Assembly: GCA_030141605.1 (NCBI GenBank)
Contig: JAQGDQ010000255.1
Span: forward strand, 119,746 to 183,745
Direction: 5' to 3'
DNA length: 64,000 bases
From: Tubiluchus corallicola
Taxonomy: Eukaryota; Animalia; Priapulida
Shown here: positions 39,016-50,700 of the stretch, in pieces
How the letters are laid out: each line of letters opens with the position of its first letter
How positions within the stretch are numbered: position 1 is the stretch's first letter
Made by a program: the position numbers and the translations under genes
The notes under the pieces: model-generated
Told to the model about the DNA's origin: nothing
The model's input: the letters and a program-made list of their open reading frames with translations, nothing else
Database searches by the model: none

Positions 39016-42000
39016 CTTCCGTCAAGTCTTCCTTCCTCTGTGCACTCTATAATAACAGGGGTTCTTTTATCGGGCTAACTTTAGTTGATAAACGACACAG
39101 TTAGAAAATTCTATACATTTGCGGCAGACGCCTTGCTAATCGATATTGTGAATAAGCGCACATCAAATGATTTTGATCGATCTGGATCGATATTCAGCAC
39201 CAACTAATGTCATCAGCTATAGAAAAGGGAATCCGTGGACGATTTTCTCACGTCTGTTTCCAGCTGCGTACAGAATAATATCATCTCCATGGAAAAGCGA
39301 GAAAAAGAGCAGACAGTTGTGCATAAAGACCAAGTCATCGCCAAGGAAAAAAGTTTTGCAAAAAGAACCGACTCAGTTACAGTCACAAATAAAGAATGTG
39401 ATATCTTATAACAAGAATCTGATATCTATATATTATGAGCAGGATCTGATTATCTGACGTTAACTGCTTACATTATATCTCTATTTCTTATTATACACTT
39501 ACGTGATACTGGCGATAACATTGATAATTTGGATGAAATTAGAAAGGCGTTAGCTGTTAATTGCTGGCGTTGTTGTTACTGCTGATGTTGATAGAATGAT
39601 CATATAATGAGACGTCATGCAATGATTGTGACGCTGGTGATGATGATGATGGCGAGGAAGATGATTTTGGTAATACCGACAATAATCATGCTGATAAGGA
39701 TGATCATAATGATGCTGGTGTTGCAGGAGGAGGTGGTCGTGGTTATCTAGATGGAGTTGGTTGTGTTTGTGATGTTAATTGTGATTGTGATAATGGAGGT
39801 GACAAGTAATTGTACTGACGATAAAAAACAGGACCAGCTATTAAACTTAACCCAAGCCAGTTATACAGATCTATTGTGCGTGTTTTGTTGAACGTTAAAA
39901 AACAGGAAAAGCCGAACTTCCCGCATCACGTGGGCGGAAGAAGAAAATAAAATGTTTTGAGAGGGGGAATAAAGGATGAATCACTCAATTTCTGCAGCCT
40001 CCGGCTCGGTTGCTGCTTCAATAAAGCGTGGCGCTTCGAGGAAGGAAGCCCGACTGAACGCTCGGCTGGCCACGTTGTCCATTTGTCACGCGCCAGCTGC
40101 TCTGTAGCTTTACGAGGGCCGGCAGAAAAAATTAGCTTGTCTTTTGTTATGACTGATAAGAATAGAAGACTAAAGTGTTTCCATTGTAGAGATAACTTAG
40201 TTCCACTGTCGCCATCGCCACTACCGCCATTGTCACCATCACTGCTGTTGTGAAAACCGCCGTTAAACTACTTATGCCTTTGCCGCTTTTGCCGCCGTTT
40301 GAAAAACCTTGTTGGTGGGCAGACTGACCTTCAATGTTTATCACATAGAAGCTTTGTTTATCTAAACTCCAAACTCTTTATCTCAATGTGATGTGTACGT
40401 TGTGTAGGCGACTGTGTGTGTAAGAATTCTGGCGCAAGGAATTTATACTGCAATTTCTAGATAAGTAAATCATGTGTTTACTACCACCATATTGCGCCCA
40501 AGAATTACAAGTGGTGAAGACTGTATGTTTGCTGCTATAATCTACAATTGAAAATTAATTCTCAAAAAATAGAATAAGAACATGAAATCATAATCCCCTT
40601 TAATCATTGAAAAAAGTTTTGAAAAAAGAAGGAATCAAGAAAAGAAAAAAAACCAATTTGCAATCTAATGCATAACTGTTTTTTCGTTTTAATCGTGGCA
40701 GGCCACACCAAAGCAGTTTTACGCTAGAAAAATAATGCGAAGACTGGGATTTGAATTCAGGATTGATTGTTGAGACTGAGATTATCAACAAACAATCTGC
40801 CCGAGCCTGTATGCTAGGTCTCTTTGGGCAAATTCCAGCTTGCAAATTTCTGCATCAAAAAGATTATCCTGGTAGTAAAGTGAGGCAAGAAATCTTCATT
40901 TATTCTTTCCACTCATCATTATTACAGTTGTAATAAAACTAATTTATTATTCATTTATTTATTATCATTAAGCTCTTAATGACCCCTAATGGAATCAGAT
41001 TATAACCTTATGTTTTAAATTTTAAGCGTAGTCAGAATTTTGACGTGATCTTGAACAAATTCCACGGGCTTTAGTAACATACAGCGTACAATTGCTCGAA
41101 GCCCAACATTTTAGCAACTTGGCCATGGAACAAAGGACTAATCTTGCAATACTGTGCTTTCTTCGGATCTAACGTGAGATTATGCTCTCCCTTGCAAGCG
41201 ATTCCTAATTGAAGCAACTCTTGTAAACTACCTTATGATTGACTACTTTGAATAACATAGCGGTTTATTATATCTGCCAAAGCAGCACCTGATAACTGCA
41301 ATGTTTGCCCTCCGCTGTTTGACTCTGCTGATAATAAGGTTTGGATTGCCTTAGCGTAGTTTGTCTACCAAGATAAATATCCCAACACCTCACGGTAGTT
41401 GTTAATCGAGGCACGAGTCGCCACTTCAGTGTTGTTTAGATAGGAGCAGCGCGTAAAACAACAGATGCATAAATGCGAAACAAGATTGATGATGGTGGCG
41501 ATGATGATGACAGCGTAAATGAAATGAAAGATTGAAGACGTTTTCAGGGTTTTCGTGTTAGCTCCTTCGTGCTCAAAAGCACTAAAAGTACTGAGCTCAA
41601 TGGCTCGTTGGTTTGCAAGACAGAGTTCTTGAGGATTTTTCTACGTTTGGGCTGGTGAGAGTTCGCCGCCATGCTTGTTGAATAGAGGGAAAAATTACTC
41701 CGGCAAACAGAGCAAAAGGGTATAAGTTTCTATACTCGCCTACATGGAATAAGTGGTCTTTTTTACTGAGTTTTCCAAGGTCGTTCTAGTTTTACCATGC
41801 ATCTTAAATTAAAAACTGACTTTTCATGTTAAACCAAAACATTTTCTATCACAGTATACCTTGTAACTTTTGTAGGGAATCTCTAATGCTTCTTTGCAAA
41901 AGCCATTCAAGAATTAAAGATAAAGTAAAAAGTACACAAACTAGGCGACAAATAGGCTTTGTTTGTGATAACTACTTGTTAACTTAGTAAAGATAGAATT

Positions 42001-43574
42001 ATCCACAAATGTCAGTCGTAAAAATTATTCATAAAAATGACGATTGATTTTGACTTTATTGATTTTGCGATTCATTTCAGATGTTATATTTTATTTTAAG
42101 CAGTTCTACACAGAAATACCATTATAATCCTATTAACAGCAATACTAGGCATTTCTAATATAAAATACTCGAAAATGTTCCTACACAAAGCTTAACGTGT
42201 CAAACAAAGAGGTTTTGGGTCATGGCTTCCTTACCATTCAAGGCTACCCATTAACAGTTATAACAGCCCAAAAATGCTAAATTCAACACACTAAGGTAGA
42301 AAAAATTTATCACCTTAAGTTTTTAGTCCTGTATAGCTAATTGCTATACTACAAAACCGACACCACGAAAATCTGCCTACATTTAGTGCGACTAAATAAA
42401 CTCATGCTTTATTATTTAAGTCCTCATGGAGGAAACGACTATAATACTACAAATTTACCTCCATATGCCTACATTAGCATGGCGTAAGTACGATATAATT
42501 ACCAATATCTTGATCAAGATAACAAATGCAAAGTGTTTGCTGTCCTCCTAAAGCAATCCTTCTCTTTTTTGTCGGGCAGTGCGCTTCTCCTTTTGAGTAG
42601 CCGCCGAAGAGTGCGCCGACTTTGAAGCCTGAGATAAGGTTCGAAGCTACCTAGCTTTACTTTGTAAAGACTAACAGTCCGCAACAGTATACCTGTCTCG
42701 TATAATATTTATTCAGAGATATGGCCACTGATTTTTGTGATAGAATTTGCCGACTGTTAGCATTGTCTTCCAGTGTGACACTGCAAAGAAAAACCGAAAA
42801 AACCCGCTATAAAGGCTTTGGAGATTGCTTAGAAGATTACAGCAACAAGGAGATAAAAATAGAAGGGCTGACAAACAAACAAACAAATAAACTAACAAAC
42901 GGATACATAAACAAACAAACAAGCAAACAAACAAACAAACAAATAAATAAGTAACTTACTAAGGCTATTATGCTATTTACGATTATCAAGGTGCAATGCA
43001 CATAACAAATAAGAAGTAAATAGAGTTCCCGTCATACATACAGCGATTTTTCTTTATTACGTAAGTGTCATTATTTCTGTAGCGTTCGGCAACTTCTTAT
43101 GCATTATTATTTTTAAAAAGAACGGACGAAAAATTGATCCCTGCGGTATTCGCTCCACTCAGCTAAACTGATAAAAAACGCTGAGTTTTTCATTTATTAT
43201 TGGTGCTCATATCGGCTGTAATATGTTTAGGGAACAAGTCCCATCTATTAGTAATTTATAGTATTAGTTGACAACCAAGATACAACTACGCAATCCAGGT
43301 TTTAAAAATAATTAAGAAACGCTACTATGAAGCTGATTTCCTGGTAACAGACACCAAGGAAATTGCTTATAATTAGCTTAGCGAATGAAACAGTGGTGTT
43401 TTCCGGAGCATCACAAAATTACACGTTGTTTTGCACTAATGCGGGACCACATATTGCCTACTAAATGTGATAGTTGCAATCATATTTGCTGTTCTCAAAA
43501 GTAGTGAATTTAAAGCGAATTATTGAATGAGCGAACGGGTGACTGATAAATAAGTATTATCAGGTGACTCACTA

Positions 43575-43800
43575 AAATAAACAGAAGAAGGAAGAAAAAA
43601 CAAAAAAGAAGAAACAGAAAAGAATGAAAACAAGACAGAAAAAAGCAAAAAGGAAGAAAGAAGAAAAAGAAAAAAGAAAGGAAAACAGAGAAGAAAAAGA
43701 AAGTAGAAAAAAGAAATCAAAAGAATAAAAGAAGGGAGCGAAGATAGAAAAAAGGAAGAGAAACATCTAGAAGTGATACAGAAAATAAGAACAGAAGAGT
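43575..43800. repeat. Purine-rich (A/G) low-complexity tract
   Basis: Directly visible. Confidence 0.85.
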
Positions 43801-46800
43801 AGTAGACTGAGCTTGTGAGTAAACTAATATGAAAACAGTGTTAGGAGAAGACGGACAGATAGATAAGTGAACCAATGAACAATATTATTTCAAAATTACA
43901 TACTTATATCTTGTGCTGTTTGGAAGTGACAGACATAAAGCTACCTGGCTAACTAGCCTAGCCTTCACAGCAAGTTTATAAACAATAACTTGTCCAGATT
44001 CAAAGCGGGCCCTCTCCTTACATTGTGTACGAGAGCTACTATAATATAGTCAATATTTAGCTTTAGGCGCCCGTTCTTCTGGTTCTGTATAGAGCCTACT
44101 CGGTCGCAAATATAACTTTCCACACACAGTAGCTCAGTTGCTGTGTCAAGAATACTGAACTGCGTGTGTTTAACTGGGGCACCAGAATTGATCAGAAAAA
44201 TCGAAAGGAAAAGCAGGTTAAGTCGAATTTGTAGCTTAGCACACTCATTAAGTAGTTTTGCAAAAGTTTCTATGCATTGTGAATTTTAGCTTAAATTTTT
44301 ATGAACAATTGACTTTAAATTAGGGAAAACAGCATAAGATTAATCTCAGCGGTACACGCTCAGTGAGTTTTCTCAGTGCTTAATCAGCATTTGAGGTGAA
44401 TAAGAAAATTAAAAGAAAACTTTACGTTTGCCTGACTGTAACTTAAGGTGACACTGGGGAGACAACTTATGAGCGCCTGTAATAAGAATGGGTGCAAGAT
44501 TGATCCTTGCGTTACCCCAGGCTTGTTCAAGTAGTAGAGCAATTTACTGGTGCGCCGCCCTATTTACTATAATACTAGCCGACAAATTGTTTTACAACTG
44601 GTAATAAATTATCCACTCAGTAGACACATTAGGTAGTGCAAGGTGTTAGGTAAACAGGCAATTTAGGAAATCGTAGTTTTATTGTAGACTTTCCTTTTAT
44701 AATATCGCCCAGAAGCCTAGGCTCATACTCTTCTCATTAAATGTAATTTTCTTTTGCTTAAAACAAACTGCCCGCAAAAAACAAACTGCCCGCAAATACA
44801 ATGTTGTTTTCATATCATAAAAGTAATGTCCTATTAAGGAAAATTGTATCTATTTTTATCGTTAAGAATTATTTCCTTGTTATTATGCTTTATTATGTTT
44901 GTCTCTTTCTCCAGAAAGTTAACAGATGATAGATTTTTTTAAGGATGTACTGTTCAATGTCATGCTTGCCAAGAGAAAGCATTTTCGTATTTATAATAAG
45001 CAAATGCATCAGCTCCGCGAAAGCCTGTCCACAGTACGAAATTTCATTATTAATTAATTAACCAATTTATTAGTGTATTTATTTAGTTATTTTAACTGGT
45101 TGAGCGACGTCAAAGATATCCTGTCCCACTGATGGTAGAGATGACTTGCAGCTGCGTCTTTTTTTAGTAGCACCAAATTAATCAAATTTTTTTTAAGTGC
45201 AGCTAGATGGTCAAGAAGACTTTCCCTAACATTCGTTAAACTAATTTTTACTATTCGCCACAGTGATGCAAATACTATGAGTACTAAAATTTAAAGTAGT
45301 CTATAAAGAATGCATGCGAAAATTTTTTGATAAATCGTACGATTATTCTAGCAGATCAATGTGCATCGATCTTAATAATACTTTGACGTTGTTATTAGAA
45401 AATCAACTTTAGTTCTGAAAAGTTATATTTGAATGGTACAAACATCATTTTGTACAATATAATTCATACGATTTTTATGTCTTCGATAGTACACTGGATT
45501 AATTCCCTATAGGTGTTCCATATAAAGAATTTACTAAACGTTTAACATAGTCATAACTGTAATTTCATATTTTTTGCACACATGTTTTTAATAGGTGGTG
45601 GTTTTTTGTCGTTTTTAAGTAGTATACTTGTTCAAATTTATCTTATTTCAATTGTGCTTAAAAATCATTGTGTTTGTAAATTTAAAAAGAGCGTAAATTA
45701 TATATGAATATGAGCCATCGGGTTGAAATAAATTTTTCTTACTTTTTTGTAATTACTTAGGTGCATTATCTTATTAATTAGATGTTAACGATTTGTTTAC
45801 AAAGTATACAAACATTATGTGCAGCTTTCTAGGAGAACTAGCTGTGGGGTCGGTGCCTGGACTGTATAGTCTAGACTGTGGCAGCTAAGTTATCAATCAG
45901 TGGCATCATTGGTCAGTTGTAGGTGTTTAGGGAAGCACGTCGGTGGCGTTTATGAGCGGATGCGGTACCTTTGAATTAAATTCTGTGCGCCGCTTTGGTG
46001 GATGAAATTTTCTCTACAACAATAAGCCGAACACAAAAACAATACTACTTTATCCAGGTAGACAACTTGATTAATGATTATCTATCAACCTAATAGATTT
46101 TATAGTGGGTTTTAATCATGTCTGATCATGATAAAGAATTACCAAGATATAAAATTTGATTATTGGTGGCATCACGTGTATGGCAACGCATATTTATTTG
46201 ACACACAACACCTATGAAATGTTAGAATAAAGAATTAATTAATGAGCAAGAGTAATTGGCATTTCTAGTCTTCCTGGAAAAAAAATAATTGATTTTGCAC
46301 AAGATGGTAGCGCAACAAACACAATTTTAGTGCTGTTTATTGACCAGGTGACCCAAGGCTAAAACTGTACAAGTTAATTCCAATAGGGACACTTCAAGTG
46401 GAAAATACATCCATGCTACAGTTTGGTTTCTGCTGTTTTTTAATGTTGGTGTTTCTAAATTGTGTTTTTTTCAATTATTCGATTTTTAGTCTGCAAAAAA
46501 TGTAGAGCAAGAGTTATTTTCCTTTTGGAACTGCCTGGCTGCAGATGCTAGAGAAATTCCCGTCATCTCCACATTCAATATCCGTTTAGTCTCTCTACTT
46601 GCCTTCAAATTTGTTTGTACACGAGACTGCAGTCCCACAGCAGCAGGCACACCGCTCCCACTATTTGCTAAAGTCGAGCCAACAACTTCTGTCCTCGCAG
46701 CAAACACATTCGACTCCTCCTTCCAAGTTAATGAGCAAACTTGTACTTTTACAGCCGAAAGCTGAGATGGCCATTCATTAGACCCGGCAGGGAACGACTA

Positions 46801-47237
46801 ACAGTTACAACGCCAGGTACGCCCTATCTATGCGATCTCAGTTTGTAAGGTATAATTTCGACGAATAGGCCCCGTGGGGGTGGAGAACGACTTTTGGCTC
46901 CATGACGTTTTGAAGGCACGCGAATAAAAAGCCAAGCAGCTCCGCAGCTGCATTCAGCATAGGCTGAAATGAATTTCATGTTCTGGTTTGGACTATTGAA
47001 GGTTACTAAAATGGAGAAAAAATTAATGCAAGTAAGGTAAGGTATTATAGGATAAGATTGAGTAAAGGAATTAAGATAACTTAAGGAAAGGTAAGAGTCA
47101 GGTTTGAATAGATTAAACCATGGTATAAAGTAATTAAATTAATTTCCCCTTTCTTGTCAGTGAGTCATTTCTTCCCCATGTAAGGCACAAACTTTCACTA
47201 GCAGTTGAATCAAACATTTTATTTCATGAAAATAAAA

Positions 47238-47402
47238 CTTTTTACCGGCCGGTTTCGAACCATCACTGTTCATTTATAATATCTAAAAAGCAAATAAATT
47301 TTACCAGAATGTAGAAACAATTTAGAAGTAAAAATTCCGTAGATAGCATAGATAGTAGCCAAATACTGTTTAAGATATACAGATAATTGTATATACACAC
47401 AA

Positions 47403-47433
<31 letters not shown>

Positions 47434-47626
47434 TGTATGTATGTATGTATGTATGTATGTATGTATGTATGTATGTATATATAATTATCTATATATATTA
47501 AACAATATTTGGCTACTACCTACTGAATTTTTAGTTCTAAATTGTTTCTACTTTCTGGTAAAATTTCTTTGCTTTCTAGATGTCTTGAAAATGACAGTAA
47601 TGGTTCGAAACCGGTCGGCAATAAAA
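47238..47626. mobile_element. Inverted pair of ~155-bp arms around (TATG)n, resembling Penelope-like retroelement terminal fragments with a hammerhead-like motif
   Basis: 47238-47396 is the diverged reverse complement of 47475-47626. The right arm ends TGTC-TTGAAAA-TGACAGTAATGGTTC-GAAA-CCGG-TC-GGCA followed by AATAAA. Confidence 0.7.
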
Positions 47627-50410
47627 TTCAATTTTAAAGTTGTACTTATCAAATATGGATAAAACGCTTTGTTGCGCAAGAAATGTTTGTATTTCTATAG
47701 TAGGTGACAATTTTGGCCTGAAGTGACCACAGTCAAATAAGCAGAAGAAGACTAAGAATATTTTCGAAATCTTTCTAGAAAAATTGTCTGAAAATTACAG
47801 CTTTACTTGCCTGCGTACTTCAGCGGTTGTATGTCAGTGTTAAGCTATAAAGTTCGTAGTGACAGGATTACATTAATTTATGCATAATAAAAGTCTGCTG
47901 CGTCCTCATCAACTAATTATCTCCCGTAATTAATTTTGATGAAAAGGTTAACTTGCCGGCAGTTTATTTGGTTTTATATCTATAGTCTAATGGACCAGCA
48001 TAATTCGATGATGCGGGCAGATTATCAACTCGATAATGTTCACACGGTCAAATGACTTAATATGAGATGATGACGACAATGTGGGTCACGTGACTGCTGC
48101 CAATATTGAAAGGAGAGACCGAGTTAGGCCCCCGCCCCCGTTAATTATAGCACTGGTTGAATAATAATGAATGGTAGATTATACTTTGTTGGGGTTGCGT
48201 AAGTTGATCAGAGTGTCTAGGTTTCTTGCTGACCCAGAGTCCATGACTCACACCAGTTTACATATTGTTTATATTCGATGTCCACTGTCAAACCATTAAA
48301 CCAATCAGGGTTTCGAAATGCAGATGACCACAAATTATGAAGTATAAATTTAAAAAGTTGATGTCGTAACTAGTACAGTGTCATTGACTTAATGTTTAGT
48401 GGTGTCGTACATGTGAATTATAACACAAACAAATGAATTCATCAAAAGGTAATTAAAGATTTGCATTAATTGTCAAATAAAATCAATTCAGAAGTTAAAA
48501 AATCGCAGTAATTGAAAATTACTCATTTTCGGAATTGTTACAATTTGAGTAACTCAGTTTGCCCATAATTTGACAAATTCAGTATTAGAATGGTCAATTT
48601 AAATTAACATATTCATTTTTAAGTTCAAAATACTCAATATTTTGCATGCAATACTTAGAACTGCATGGGATTGGTTATTGAAGCCAGGAAGCCATACAAG
48701 CAACGTCCAAGGCTCGGCCGGGAATGCCGGTGGCTTCCGGGACAGACCGTGAGAAAGTTGTCCTGTTTATGTCCGGTGCTAATGGTCAGTACATGTTGTT
48801 ATGGGTAGATTGTGCAGGAGAGCTTCCGCCTCGTGACGTAACGGTAATGTTATTGCGTCATATGTCTGCACGCGTGCGAGAAAATTTGTGAGCTGAGGTC
48901 GAAAACATAAACGAACGAAAGAATAAAATTTAGAAATATTGAGAAAATAATTTCTCAATAAATGGATGGCTCCGTTTACACTACCGAGAAAACATAGTAG
49001 AAATCCCGGACCCATTGCTTAAACCCTTTCACATTTTTAATGACTTTGTCTAGTTGTACTCACTGTAGACTTATTTTGTCTCACTGACGTTAAAATGATG
49101 GTTTCAGGACCTCGCGTGCCGTGAACAATGCACGGCCAGAGATGTGTTGTAGCTGCTGCTGTAGTCGGACAGGTACTTACATTACAAAATAGACGTTGAC
49201 CTTTGCAATATAGACTTTTGAGACCCTGTACGGGAGGCAGTCACATAAAGTCCAGTACACGTAGAGGTCTGTCTGACTGTGTGACTGTTTGTGTTAGTTC
49301 CGGATCCAAAAAAGTTCACGACACGACTGGTAGAGTACCTTGCTGCTTAGTGCTTAGAAGCACATCCTTGATACGAGGTGGTCCTCTCTCAACCATCCGA
49401 GTTAAGGTTCTGCGTAGAATAGAAAGTGTAGTGCACTAAACTGCAGTGAAGTGTAGTACAATTCAGTGCAGTTTGGTGCAACTCAGTAGTAAAGTGCTGA
49501 GGAAACAGCAAAACAAATTATTTATATTTTACGTTATTCTGTGGTAGTCAAGCAGTTCCATCCCAGTTTAGTCTGTAAACACTCAGCACTTGGCTTAAGA
49601 AATAATTACTTCTGTTTCTGGAGGAGGATCATGTCCTGCTAATCCGCAAATTCATCCCACAGCCAGGCTGCCCATACAAGTTTAATAAAAATGTAATTTG
49701 GCGAGATTAGATGGAGATTGTTGCAGATAAACTTGATTAATATTTATCGGTTGGCTACGCCGCCGTTAAGACTGTGGAATGAAGACGTAGGTGACACAGT
49801 AAGAAGGATGGACAGCAGTTTTAGGTGACAGCGTTGATGATTACGACGAGTTGGCGCAAATTACGACTCGATACCTGCCGAATGTTGATGAGGCGTAGTA
49901 AAATGAGGCACTTAAAGGACAAGAGTGTTATTCACTATCATTTGTGTTATGAATTCTTAAAAAAACGTTATTTTAAATGTCCCGAATTGTCGATCTGCCA
50001 ACTGTCTAGTAATTAAGTGCTGTAATCAAAGCGCATTACGGAAAAAATGTAAGATGCTAACCAAGAACGAAGGAGATACGAGCTTATGTCTGAAGTTAAG
50101 CAGCGAGCCATGGTGGTAGTATATTGATGGGGGGGGGGGGGGGGTCGCTGGCTTTCATTTATTATACCGCATCTGCATAATTTTTTTTTAAGCACACACT
50201 TTTGGCTAACACAGTCCAATAGTCTCATCCTAGGCTAAGAGGATTATCATTGATTATGAACTTGGTTCCAGTCCTACCACACCTCTTTATCATGAGTAGA
50301 AGGTCTTGAGATTTAGAACTGCTCTGACTGCAGTGAGTCACTCTGCATAAAAAGGAACCTGAAAAATAAAAAACAATAAAATAACAAATAATAAATGAAA
50401 AATAAAAGCA

Positions 50411-50419
50411 CTACTACTA

Positions 50420-50495
<76 letters not shown>

Positions 50496-50524
50496 ACTAC
50501 TACTACTACTACTACTACTACTAG

Positions 50525-50580
<56 letters not shown>

Positions 50581-50581
50581 G

Positions 50582-50622
<41 letters not shown>

Positions 50623-50623
50623 G

Positions 50624-50655
<32 letters not shown>

Positions 50656-50700
50656 GCACTACTACTACTACTACTACTACTACTATGCTGTACTACTATT
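50411..50700. repeat. (CTA)n microsatellite with CTG/GCA interruptions
   Basis: Directly visible. Confidence 0.98.
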
